IMG/VR virus record: IMGVR_UViG_3300040811_001959 | Source of the DNA: a virus | Lineage: Duplodnaviria; Caudoviricetes | Length of the DNA: 64,000 nt | Direction: 5' to 3' (one strand) | In this document: piece by piece, positions 37,583-46,352 of the stretch | Layout of the letters: each line of letters opens with the position of its first letter | How positions within the stretch are numbered: position 1 is the first letter of the stretch | Position numbers and translations under genes: made by a program | The notes under the pieces: model-generated | What the model saw: the letters and a program-made list of their open reading frames with translations, nothing else | Database searches by the model: none | What the model was told of the DNA's origin: nothing

Positions 37583-38150
37583 AATATTTGAAAATAATAT
37601 TTTAGATATTACTACAAATTTTACTGTACAACAAAAACATTTTTATGATAATATTATTATACTAGTTGACAATTTTTATCAATATCCGCACCATGTAAGG
37701 AATTTTGCAACTAAATTACCTTACTTAAAAGAGACCGATATATCTTATACTGCAGAAGTTATAGTTCCAAATAATATTTTTATTATAGTAGAAGAATTAA
37801 TTAAGGAACATTACCCTCATTTAAGTAAAATAGTTAAGCCTTCAGACACAATAAGATTTAGATTTGTTGACTGTCATAATGAAGAACAAGTAAAAGAAGA
37901 ATGGCATACAGATGGAAAGGGAATAGCAGGTATAATTTTCTTAAATGAAAGACAGAATTCTGGTGGCACAAGTTTCAAGTGTGGCGATACAATTTTAAAT
38001 GTTGAAGGAAGATGGAATAGGCTTATTTTGTTTCCAATGACTTTAGCACACAAACCTTGGTTTGATGACGGAGTATTTGCAGATAGCTATAGAATAACAC
38101 AATTGTTAGCATATAGAATTCGATTAAATAAAATTCTTGAAAATAAATAA
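37572..38150 (+). CDS. 2OG-Fe(II) oxygenase-like protein
   Basis: DNFYQYP..VR.FA, WHTD...AGIIFLN...GGTSF...WNRLILF...HKP...R.TQ; AT-rich insert. Confidence 0.8.
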   Translation: MKLEIFENNILDITTNFTVQQKHFYDNIIILVDNFYQYPHHVRNFATKLPYLKETDISYTAEVIVPNNIFIIVEELIKEHYPHLSKIVKPSDTIRFRFVDCHNEEQVKEEWHTDGKGIAGIIFLNERQNSGGTSFKCGDTILNVEGRWNRLILFPMTLAHKPWFDDGVFADSYRITQLLAYRIRLNKILENK

Positions 38151-38160
38151 ATTTGAAATT

Positions 38161-38237
38161 GGACCTCTAGCTCAATAGGTTAGAGCACACGACTCATAAT
38201 CGTTAGGTTCTCGGTTCAAGTCCGAGGGGGTCCACCA
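38161..38237 (+). tRNA. tRNA-Ile2(CAT), lysidine type (could be scored as Met)
   Basis: GGACCTC acceptor, GACTCATAATC anticodon arm resembling E. coli ileX, encoded CCA. Confidence 0.85.
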
Positions 38238-38264
38238 ACACCATTACACCCCAGGAGAATTATA

Positions 38265-38447
38265 ATGGATTTTAATCACTTTGTATTAATGTTAGCTACT
38301 GCATTTGCTTTCGGTATCTTTGGATATGTTCTAGGTGAGCAAGAACGAGAACGGCAAGCAATCGAACGAGGCTTTGCAATCCACTGTCCATTAGATGGTA
38401 AATTTGGTTGGATAGACGAATGCAAAGAAGAACTTGACATACCTTAA
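38265..38447 (+). CDS. Small membrane protein
   Basis: AGGAGA RBS; TM helix then HCP..G.F.W..EC. Confidence 0.65.
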   Translation: MDFNHFVLMLATAFAFGIFGYVLGEQERERQAIERGFAIHCPLDGKFGWIDECKEELDIP

Positions 38448-38461
38448 TTACATGCTATAAT
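38434..38461 (+). promoter_or_regulatory. Consensus sigma70 promoter for the tRNA-like gene
   Basis: TTGACA, about 16 nt, TG-C-TATAAT. Confidence 0.8.
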
Positions 38462-38478
38462 AAAGTTATATTGAAAAT

Positions 38479-38565
38479 GCGGGGCGTTCCTTCCAGCTGT
38501 CTTATAAGCAGTCAGCCAAACAGGGAGGCGGTGCTATAGAGGTTCAACTCCTCCGCCCCGTACCA
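38479..38565 (+). tRNA. Non-canonical tRNA-like gene, UAU anticodon (Ile), no canonical D-arm
   Basis: 8-bp GCGGGGCG/CGCCCCGT stem plus A-CCA; 4-bp T-stem GAGG-TTCAACT-CCTC; GCTGT-CTTATAA-GCAGT arm; CCTTCC pairs with GGGAGG in a long variable region. Confidence 0.7.
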
Positions 38566-38587
38566 CTCAACCCTAATCACCCATCTT

Positions 38588-39271
38588 ATGATATCTAAAC
38601 GTGTACGAGATCGTTTTGTAGCACAACACGGGGAACCAGCTAACCTAGATGAATTAGGACGAGCCCTTGTCGCCCATATCAACAACCTTGGTGAAAGCTC
38701 AAAGGGCCGTGATAAGGGTCAGCGGGTGCTGGGCTTAGTTTGGAATATTAGCTCAGGCGAGCAGTGCAACAGCCACAACGCACCAGTGGGGGTACCATGT
38801 AGCTGGCATGAACCTGAGAGGTTTCCTGCGTTTTATGGTAAGGTATGGCTGAGACTAGCCAAGCCTCCTGGATGGTCTGTTACTGATTACTTTGAGGGTA
38901 CTTGTTGTCACTTAGGATCAGGTGGGGGCGGGTCATATGAAGGCCCATGGGACCAGCTATATGCAACCTGGCATCAGCAGCATAGGCGTTGGCGTACAAG
39001 GATAAAGTTAGACTATCCTGAACCCATCCTTTACAGTTGGACTTTTACTATCTGGCTGCAGGATTGGCCTCTAATCGAAAAGCATTACAGTAAGTTAGAC
39101 ATGCTTGACATGATCAAAGGAGTTAGGGTAGATTACCTTAAACGTAATCATATGTTTACCTATGAAGCAGAAGGCATAGATGCTGCTGATGGCAAATATA
39201 TACAGCAGTATGCCGAGATTGACTACTCTTTTTGTAGAGATAACCTTTTAAACGAGATTTTTAATGACTGA
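38588..39271 (+). CDS. Hypothetical protein
   Basis: 227-aa ORF; SHNAP.G and HLGSGGGG motifs. Confidence 0.75.
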   Translation: MISKRVRDRFVAQHGEPANLDELGRALVAHINNLGESSKGRDKGQRVLGLVWNISSGEQCNSHNAPVGVPCSWHEPERFPAFYGKVWLRLAKPPGWSVTDYFEGTCCHLGSGGGGSYEGPWDQLYATWHQQHRRWRTRIKLDYPEPILYSWTFTIWLQDWPLIEKHYSKLDMLDMIKGVRVDYLKRNHMFTYEAEGIDAADGKYIQQYAEIDYSFCRDNLLNEIFND

Positions 39272-39428
39272 AGAAACTATCCAAGAACTTGAATATATCC
39301 TACGTGAACAGCAGAGTATGCTCAACGAGTTTGCTACTAATATCGCACAGGTAAGTAGGCAGCTTAGAGAAGTAACTGACCTATTAGACGAGGTAAAATA
39401 TGCGAGTGAACATCAGGCGACCGCCTAA
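39264..39428 (+). CDS. Small coiled-coil protein (54 aa)
   Basis: MTEETIQELEYILREQQ...; overlaps both neighbours. Confidence 0.55.
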   Translation: MTEETIQELEYILREQQSMLNEFATNIAQVSRQLREVTDLLDEVKYASEHQATA

Positions 39429-39801
39429 GAATCCAGAACGCAATCAACGTGTAGATGTACTAGTTGAACCCCATGACGTATGGAGCTTAGACTGGACACT
39501 TGCACAGATAATACACCCTGCCCTTATGATGTTGAAGCAACAAAAGAATGGGGCTCCTTGGGTTGACCCTATGGATGTACCAGAGGAGCTGAGACCCACA
39601 CCCGAAGAGCTGGCAAACTACGAAGAGGATGCACGTACTGACGAACTGTGGTTTGACCGTTTTGACTACATCTTAGATGAAATGATCTGGGCATTTGACC
39701 AGATAAAGCAAGATGTGAATATCCATTCTAAGTCGGATGCTGCAAGGATCAATAACGCTCTGCGTTTGTTTGGTAAATATTACCAGAGTTTATGGTGGTA
39801 A
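39400..39801 (+). CDS. Hypothetical phage protein
   Basis: HDVWSLDWTLAQII.P.L..LK....GAP...LDEMIWAF...LFGKYYQSLW. Confidence 0.8.
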   Translation: MRVNIRRPPKNPERNQRVDVLVEPHDVWSLDWTLAQIIHPALMMLKQQKNGAPWVDPMDVPEELRPTPEELANYEEDARTDELWFDRFDYILDEMIWAFDQIKQDVNIHSKSDAARINNALRLFGKYYQSLWW

Positions 39802-39834
39802 TATATTAAGAATTAAATTAACAATTTATAATAA

Positions 39835-40278
39835 ATGGATATGACTAGAACAGAAACAAAAGATCGATTCCATCGGATGGCGAGTGAACTTATGCAGAAT
39901 ATGGATTTCACTCGCATCCATCATACCATGCAGGTGCTAGACTGGCGGTATCAAGGAGAACGGCAGTCTGAGGGTGATATCCGTATTTTTTGCCGCAGAC
40001 TACTACACGAAACAATTGAACGTGTATTAGATTCGCCTACAGGAGAAGCATTCCTAAGCACAGGTGGTTTTGAAATCTCCATTTATCACCCAGACCATTT
40101 AGACGAAGAACGTGCTGGTACATTAGATGTCAAGTTTGTAGTCGAACATGACATGATGATCTTTGACCAGACTAAACAATCAAAAACAAATATACAAGAA
40201 CAGATTGATGAAATCCTAACAAGATTAGACATACTTGAAGACGAAGTTAATCGTTATATTGTAGACTACAGGGAATAA
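39835..40278 (+). CDS. Hypothetical protein
   Basis: 147-aa ORF. Confidence 0.7.
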   Translation: MDMTRTETKDRFHRMASELMQNMDFTRIHHTMQVLDWRYQGERQSEGDIRIFCRRLLHETIERVLDSPTGEAFLSTGGFEISIYHPDHLDEERAGTLDVKFVVEHDMMIFDQTKQSKTNIQEQIDEILTRLDILEDEVNRYIVDYRE

Positions 40279-40347
40279 TATGACACGTTATTTAAATTGG
40301 TTCATTGCGGCTATCGTTGTGTTAGCACTTCTTGACCAGGTAGGAAT

Positions 40348-40545
40348 ATGAAATATTTTGTAGTTTGGGCACAGGATTTTGGTTTAGAATATCTCCAGTA
40401 TAAGACTGCACAGGAAGCATTTGGTTTCCTTGAAACACTATTACTGGATGGCGTAGATGCGGACAAGATTATGATCTTCCATGGCGACACGGTTGGTTAT
40501 ACGGTTGAAGAACACAAACATTATACAATTAAAGGAGACGAATGA
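40348..40545 (+). CDS. Hypothetical protein
   Basis: AGGA RBS; 65 aa. Confidence 0.6.
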   Translation: MKYFVVWAQDFGLEYLQYKTAQEAFGFLETLLLDGVDADKIMIFHGDTVGYTVEEHKHYTIKGDE

Positions 40546-40787
40546 AAGGTAGAACAGCACAACGTATTAGACGTAAGGCAGCAGTTGAAAGACTAGAATA
40601 CCAGCACACTCATTACAGTGATAAGGTAAGAGAGATTAAAGAAGCTCTCAAGACGGCTCGTAATCACAAAGATAAGCAGGAAGAACAATTGCAGGAAGAT
40701 CTATTAAGGATCGCAGAAGACAAGTTAGCTAAGTGCAAGACCACGCTGGACAACACAACGAGACTGTTAAAGGCAACTGCTGCATAA
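40542..40787 (+). CDS. Coiled-coil hypothetical protein
   Basis: AGGAG RBS; 81 aa. Confidence 0.65.
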   Translation: MKGRTAQRIRRKAAVERLEYQHTHYSDKVREIKEALKTARNHKDKQEEQLQEDLLRIAEDKLAKCKTTLDNTTRLLKATAA

Positions 40788-40810
40788 ATATTCTAAACAA
40801 GGATTAGAAT

Positions 40811-41872
40811 ATGCAGGATATAAGACATTACATCAATGTCATAGACCAACTGAACGAAGAGGTGCGCTGGCAAAAAAGCCTCTTCGATCATCTCTTCGTA
40901 GATGATATCAAAATATACGACTTCAATCCTGACTCAGGATATAACGAAGAAAAACGATACCCCTACCTTATACAACCAAATCATAAAAAATTCTGGACGC
41001 CTGTGGTTCCTAGCATGATGGAAAGACTTGAAATGACCCGGCGTATGGCAGGTTGTCATGTGTTAGGTGTAGATAAGCTCAAGCAATTGATTGCTATACA
41101 AGGTCGAAGGCAAAAGCAAATATCTGTGTTTACATCAGATGTAGAAGGCTTTATCTCAGCGTCAGGTATTTGGGGCGGAGGCGGCTTAGTAGCAATCTTA
41201 ACAGGTGATGTATCAGTAGGTGCCGCAGCAGATATCATGTCAGTAGTGGACAAAGGCGGACGTAGATTGATAGACCTTGGTCCTGAGCCAGACTTCCAAG
41301 GAGAATTTCCTTACGATATCTATGACGAAAGACCTTACAATCTACTATGGAATGCGCTGGTAGATATGCGTACTCCTATCATAGCAGAGCTTAAATCAAC
41401 GGGTGTAGAACCTCCTGTACCCCCAGACATCAGACGTAATACACTAGGCAGCCGTATGCTGGTAGACAGCGATAGTTTTACAGGCGAACAAAAAGCTCGT
41501 GCCATTAAACAGTACATTGACGGTGTTGAACGTGTGATTGCACAACATAAACCAGTGTTCCAGGAGATGTTCTTCCAGCACGTAGAACGGCAGAGTACCG
41601 CATGGGAAGACCTTGTGGAAGACTATGATGAATTAGTAATGGGCAACTTTCGGATTGAAAAACTATATGTTATCGCAGAATACATCGATGCAGATGATGG
41701 AAAGCGAGACGGATGGCCAAGAGATTATTTTCCTGAGGAAGGAGTATTCTGCAGTGAACCACGTCGGCAATGCATCGCATTAGATTTTCCAGTAGAATTT
41801 ACTACTGAACACGATCTCAGAGATCGTCTCGAACGAGAAATGGTAAACCGTAATCACAGGAGGGCACAATGA
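40811..41872 (+). CDS. Late protein, candidate head-internal protein
   Basis: TAAATA at 40785-40790; MQDIRHYINVIDQLNEE N-terminus. Confidence 0.65.
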   Translation: MQDIRHYINVIDQLNEEVRWQKSLFDHLFVDDIKIYDFNPDSGYNEEKRYPYLIQPNHKKFWTPVVPSMMERLEMTRRMAGCHVLGVDKLKQLIAIQGRRQKQISVFTSDVEGFISASGIWGGGGLVAILTGDVSVGAAADIMSVVDKGGRRLIDLGPEPDFQGEFPYDIYDERPYNLLWNALVDMRTPIIAELKSTGVEPPVPPDIRRNTLGSRMLVDSDSFTGEQKARAIKQYIDGVERVIAQHKPVFQEMFFQHVERQSTAWEDLVEDYDELVMGNFRIEKLYVIAEYIDADDGKRDGWPRDYFPEEGVFCSEPRRQCIALDFPVEFTTEHDLRDRLEREMVNRNHRRAQ

Positions 41873-42018
41873 CGGAACAACAGGAACAACGTAAACGACA
41901 GCATGACGAATATCTAAAGCGAATACAAGAAGCTAGAGAACGTGGAGATCGTGCTACAGAAGCCCAGCTACAACAAGAACTCAACTACATGGACGATGCT
42001 GCCTACAATAACCGTTAG
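41869..42018 (+). CDS. Small helical protein (49 aa)
   Basis: AGGAGG RBS; MTEQQEQRKRQ... Confidence 0.55.
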   Translation: MTEQQEQRKRQHDEYLKRIQEARERGDRATEAQLQQELNYMDDAAYNNR

Positions 42019-42788
42019 ATACCTAATCTAGTCATGTTTTGCTGATATGCATCTTTATGTAGTTGATACATGTCTTCTAGGAATGCATAAAGGTGTGTGA
42101 CCATTGGCAACTGATTTTCTTTTAGCATATGTTCACAGTTAGCGATATATTGATGTACATAGTATTTTGCTGCATAAGGATGTACTCCCCAAGATTCTAA
42201 ATGTCCAAAAGTTCCTTTAGTAATTGTCCCCTGTTGTGTAATATCCTGCACAGCCTGTTTAAATGCCTGCTTGATATGGTCTTCAATACTGGCACGATCA
42301 AGCTCTTCATCACTAAGATCATCGGGTATATCAAAAGCCGCCTTGATGCGTTCTGCTGTAGCCATGTATTGATTTAATTCAGTGATACTGTTCTCTACAT
42401 AACCCTGTGAAATAACATATTGTGTTTTTAATTCTGCCAATTTTATATCATCTAATTCCGATCGATCGGTCCGAGCTTCGAGCCGACGGATTTTTACAGC
42501 AGATTTCTGTAGATCGTAGAATGCCTGTACACTGGCTTCAGCACGTTGATTGGCTTGGCTATAGGCCTGTTTATACCAAATTACCGGCGAGTCTCCGGCC
42601 ATCTGTAGATTGCCTATCTGCCTTTCATTTAGTGTTTGTGGTTTGCCTATGGTGCGTTTGATGCGTTCTAGCTGGTTCACGTGTGGGCTTAATTGTTGCT
42701 CATAATATTCGAGTCTGCGTTCTACTTCAGCTACCTGATAAGTTTCTGCGGCCTTAATTTGTAAACCGTAATCTTTATCCTGGTCCAT
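42015..42788 (-). CDS. Coiled-coil hypothetical protein downstream of a tail-fibre-like gene
   Basis: Helical heptads, ...EDHIKQAFKQAVQDI...; start uncertain (42788 or 42824). Confidence 0.7.
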   Translation of the reverse strand: MDQDKDYGLQIKAAETYQVAEVERRLEYYEQQLSPHVNQLERIKRTIGKPQTLNERQIGNLQMAGDSPVIWYKQAYSQANQRAEASVQAFYDLQKSAVKIRRLEARTDRSELDDIKLAELKTQYVISQGYVENSITELNQYMATAERIKAAFDIPDDLSDEELDRASIEDHIKQAFKQAVQDITQQGTITKGTFGHLESWGVHPYAAKYYVHQYIANCEHMLKENQLPMVTHLYAFLEDMYQLHKDAYQQNMTRLGI

Positions 42789-44256
42789 GTCCGTTGTCTC
42801 CGTTCGAAAAAGTGGTGCTGCCAAAATTTACTGCGGCTGCACTACTACTTAAACTCAGTTTACGCCACACATAGTTAGATCTGGATCCTGCACCGTGCAA
42901 AACTATGTCACTAAAATCACTGCTGCTCACTCCCGAATCGGACACGGTCAACGACATAAAGTTGGTGTTCATTGCACCTGAACTCCAGGTATACCGTTTT
43001 ACATAATCTCTTGGTGTGTAAGGATAATTTCCATAGTTACCAGTGATGTATGCGTAGGTACTGTTGCCCGCCGACTGCATCACATACATGACCTCACCTA
43101 GGCTGCCGGATCCTACCACTGAATTCTGTGTCACATGTGAAATACGCATGGTGTCTGATCGTCGTGCGGTTGACCAATCGCCAGCACCTGCCAACGAAGT
43201 ATCCACGCCATTTGATACATTAAACACATGCCGTCGTCCGAAGGTCAGCATCTGTCCCCAGGTTAAGCTGGTAGAATCAGTACTGAAACTCTTGTATGAA
43301 ATAGGTCGTGTGTTACCGGTTGGTCCTGGCGAATTGGATGGATTCCACCATCCGCCGGTCATGATACACACTTCTGAATTACCTGATGCTGCACCAAGAT
43401 AGTGAACAGCCGCCGAGTTACCCCAGCTGATAGCATTTGAATTGCGAGAGAGATCCTTGTAGGCTACATCAGTATATCCGCCATAGCCGTTGTAACCACC
43501 TGACATCATCACCTGCCAGTTGGTACAGCCTGCTCCGTTCCCGCCAGTCGTGGAAGGTAAGGTGCCAAAGCTGGCTTCATTGGTACCTGAGTTCCATGCA
43601 CGGCGTGTAAACGAAGCTGTATATCCCCCTGAAGTGCCGCCACCTGCCAATACCATGTAAGCGGTTGATTTACACAGATAAGGCATTGTATAATTAAACC
43701 AACTGCCTAAACTCCAGTAATACGAATAGTAGTTTGCATGGGCAGCATAGAAACCAGGTCTGTTGTAGTTATGGAAGCTGGCAAAGTATCTGCGAATGCT
43801 GCTGTAGTAAAAAGTTCCACCTCTTGTTACCATGCCCATGTCAGCACCTGCACCATACTGCCAGGTAGTCACCGAGAGATACTGGAGTTGTGCGTTTGAT
43901 AAACTTGAGAAATCATTCCAATCCGCCACTGTCCAGTCTGAGCCTATGTCTGCGCTGATACGATTGTTGGCAAGGTTAACATCGTTACTCTCCGTGTAGG
44001 TATTCACAGTTGGTCGGAACTTTAGACCAAGCGAGGCAATATAGCCTATCTTCCCTGCGGTGTTGGCTAGGCCAGTTGCTTGGCTGCTAACTCCATAGAA
44101 ATCGCTGAATCGAATCGTTCCCGAACTGGGAGGACCAGCACCTGCAGGAGTGTATGCACCACCTGCGTAGTATTCTGATAAACCAATAGGATTCGAACCT
44201 CCTAGTTCTGATTGTATGTTCGCAGCGGATATCTGTCCTGAACTCTGTAGTGCCAT
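42775..44256 (-). CDS. Tail-fibre/virion surface protein
   Basis: MALQSSGQISAANIQSELGGSNPIGLSEYY N-terminus typical of phage fibre proteins; Gly/Ser/Tyr-rich repeats; TAAATA at 44262-44267. Confidence 0.8.
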   Translation of the reverse strand: MALQSSGQISAANIQSELGGSNPIGLSEYYAGGAYTPAGAGPPSSGTIRFSDFYGVSSQATGLANTAGKIGYIASLGLKFRPTVNTYTESNDVNLANNRISADIGSDWTVADWNDFSSLSNAQLQYLSVTTWQYGAGADMGMVTRGGTFYYSSIRRYFASFHNYNRPGFYAAHANYYSYYWSLGSWFNYTMPYLCKSTAYMVLAGGGTSGGYTASFTRRAWNSGTNEASFGTLPSTTGGNGAGCTNWQVMMSGGYNGYGGYTDVAYKDLSRNSNAISWGNSAAVHYLGAASGNSEVCIMTGGWWNPSNSPGPTGNTRPISYKSFSTDSTSLTWGQMLTFGRRHVFNVSNGVDTSLAGAGDWSTARRSDTMRISHVTQNSVVGSGSLGEVMYVMQSAGNSTYAYITGNYGNYPYTPRDYVKRYTWSSGAMNTNFMSLTVSDSGVSSSDFSDIVLHGAGSRSNYVWRKLSLSSSAAAVNFGSTTFSNGDNGHGPG

Positions 44257-44298
44257 ATACATATTTAGTGTCAGATAAATATATTAAAGGAGAGCAAC

Positions 44299-44568
44299 AT
44301 GGAAGATCAAATCCCTGAGTATGAATTAGATCCAGACACACAGGCACTCTTGCAGACAGTACTAGAACTGGCACTGATGAGCGCTAACCTACAGCTTGAT
44401 CCTAAGAACACACAGTCAGTAATGGACATAGTGTTCACCACCGCACATAGGTTTGGTATAGAGTTCGCCACGATCACACAGGAACCAAACACAGACCAAG
44501 CCGGAATAAACCTACAAGACTTACCTTTCGACATCCAAGTTACATTCATAGACAATATATCAGAATAG
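44299..44568 (+). CDS. Hypothetical protein
   Basis: AGGAG RBS; TAAATA at 44276-44281. Confidence 0.7.
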   Translation: MEDQIPEYELDPDTQALLQTVLELALMSANLQLDPKNTQSVMDIVFTTAHRFGIEFATITQEPNTDQAGINLQDLPFDIQVTFIDNISE

Positions 44569-44747
44569 GTCACCGCTGCTAGTCAAGTGCTAGCCAGTGG
44601 TCACCGCTGCTACGGTCTAGTGTTACACAGCGAACACTAATGGTCACCGCTGTTAAGGTCTAGTACACAACAGGATAGACCAATGGTCACCGCTGTTAAG
44701 GTCTAGTACTACACAGATACGGATAATGGTCACCGCTGTTAAGGTCT
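44568..44747 (+). repeat. Direct-repeat array: 5 x GGTCACCGCTG, four at a 43-bp period
   Basis: Copies at 44568, 44599, 44642, 44685, 44728; core ATGGTCACCGCTGTTAAGGTCTAG separated by 19-nt variable segments. Confidence 0.9.
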
Positions 44748-44770
44748 GCTAAATACCGAAAGGAGACACT

Positions 44771-44944
44771 ATGTACATAATACACATACCAGACAACCAA
44801 CAGATAGAACCAAAGCTTAGATCTACCTATAGTGCTGCATGTAAAGAGAAACAGAGCTTAGACCAGTTAGTAGGTAAACCCAGTGCAGTAATAGATCAAA
44901 TCGCAACTGTAAGATTTACAAACCAGGATACGAAAGATGAATAG
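44771..44944 (+). CDS. Small hypothetical protein (57 aa)
   Basis: TAAATA at 44750 and AAAGGAGA RBS. Confidence 0.55.
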   Translation: MYIIHIPDNQQIEPKLRSTYSAACKEKQSLDQLVGKPSAVIDQIATVRFTNQDTKDE

Positions 44945-45345
44945 AGAAACATATACATATGCATGCAGCATTTGTAGCATTAACTTCATATGCTATATGT
45001 GATTGGTACTGTGAATAGTACCACGTGCAGTCGTTGAGACACAACCGTAGAGTCAGTGAAACCAGTCGAGAGACTGTCGACTACTGTAATAGACTCGAGT
45101 TTGCAAAGTGATCGAGTCGGTTTGCAAAGTGATGCATTGTGATGCATTATGGAGACAGAGTATTTAAACTATGCCTGTCACCACCATTCTCCACCTTTTT
45201 TCACCATTCTCAACCGTGCCTCTTTTTTCGTAAGAAAATTCACATTTAAATTACAACAAAAGTTAGCAGATACTAACTTTTTTGGTTAGTAGATACTAAA
45301 TTTGCATATAACTATATGTGCATATATGCATATGTGCATATACAA

Positions 45346-45455
45346 ATATTTGTATATTTTTACATTTGTATATTTAAATATTTGTTTATTTAGATATTTG
45401 TATATTTTTACATTTATATATTTAAATATTTGCATATTTAGATATTTATATATGC
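45346..45455. repeat. AT-rich tandem repeat (2 x 48 bp built from 16-bp units)
   Basis: ATATTTGTATATTTTTACATTTGTATATTTAAATATTTGTTTATTTAG at 45346 and 45394. Confidence 0.85.
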
Positions 45456-45497
45456 AAATCCTCACCTGTTTTCACCCCTACCCCAAATTCCACCATA

Positions 45498-45674
45498 AAC
45501 TGAATATTATGTTTTCCAAATCTGGTTGGAACTGAATATTATGTTTTCCTAATTTGCCCTAGCACGGTTCTTGCATACCGTTGGAACTGAATATTATGTT
45601 TTCCTAATTGGGTTGGAACTGAATATTATGTTTTCCAAATCTCCGTCAGATTGAAACTGAATATTATGTTTTCC
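45498..45674 (+). repeat. Five identical 20-bp iteron-like repeats AACTGAATATTATGTTTTCC
   Basis: Copies at 45498, 45530, 45585, 45617, 45655. Confidence 0.92.
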
Positions 45675-45727
45675 TAATCCAGGCGGAGGGGTGGTGAGAT
45701 GGACCTTGAAAAAAGATCCGTAATGAT

Positions 45728-45755
45728 CACAGTGACTTAGCAGTAAGTCACTGAT
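45728..45755. other. 11-6-11 inverted-repeat site A
   Basis: CACAGTGACTT-AGCAGT-AAGTCACTGAT. Confidence 0.7.
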
Positions 45756-45775
45756 ATTGCACGGGATCATTTCCG

Positions 45776-45820
45776 TTGCAATTCTCACCCCGTGCTAGTA
45801 TACTATATGGACAGTGAGCG
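45776..45820 (+). promoter_or_regulatory. Early promoter cassette P1
   Basis: TTGCAA-17-TATACT...ACAGTGAGCG. Confidence 0.75.
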
Positions 45821-45860
45821 AAGGGCTTGCTTTTATACGCAACACAAACGGAGATACTTG

Positions 45861-46352
45861 ATGTCCAAGCAAAGAACATTCTTAAGAGACGTGATCATTC
45901 CTACTCTTCCAGAACTGTTTCCTACAGAAGAGTCCCGTGAATATGCAATGAAAAATCCGCATATATATAATGTAGAACATCTCGTAGAAATATGCCTAGC
46001 CAAGGTTGGCGGCTACGAGTTTGTAGATGAAGAAGGATATGACTTTACAGACTATTCAGACTCAAAGACTACCAGTATAAATGAGAAAACTCTTGTGCTT
46101 ACGATATGCTCAGTAGAAAATAAGATCGGTAGTCTCCGTATTTGTGCCTACAATCCAATCGCAGATCGCATTGACTTTTTCTACATGACACAGAGTCAAT
46201 TGAGGGCGACTGAGGTTGCTTGTTGGGGGAAGAACAGTCATAAGACTCGTATACTTGCTAGATGGAACGCAGGTCGAGACAATTATAATTCTTTTGAAAA
46301 GTTCCGTGTAGACTCATTTGAAACTCTTGCAAAGAAAGGGACACTGAAATGA
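45861..46352 (+). CDS. Hypothetical early protein, possible PD-(D/E)xK nuclease fold
   Basis: GGAG RBS; EHLVE...GYDFTDYSDSKT pattern is weakly nuclease-like. Confidence 0.6.
   Translation: MSKQRTFLRDVIIPTLPELFPTEESREYAMKNPHIYNVEHLVEICLAKVGGYEFVDEEGYDFTDYSDSKTTSINEKTLVLTICSVENKIGSLRICAYNPIADRIDFFYMTQSQLRATEVACWGKNSHKTRILARWNAGRDNYNSFEKFRVDSFETLAKKGTLK

Noticed and set aside
44568-44747. Bona fide CRISPR array
   Set aside because: Spacers are only 19 nt, similar to each other and pair with the repeats; no cas genes or leader are visible. Kept as an unexplained repeat finding.
45302-45788. ORFs 45302..45535 and 45594..45788
   Set aside because: Translations of AT-rich and 20-bp repeats, with no RBS and non-protein-like composition.
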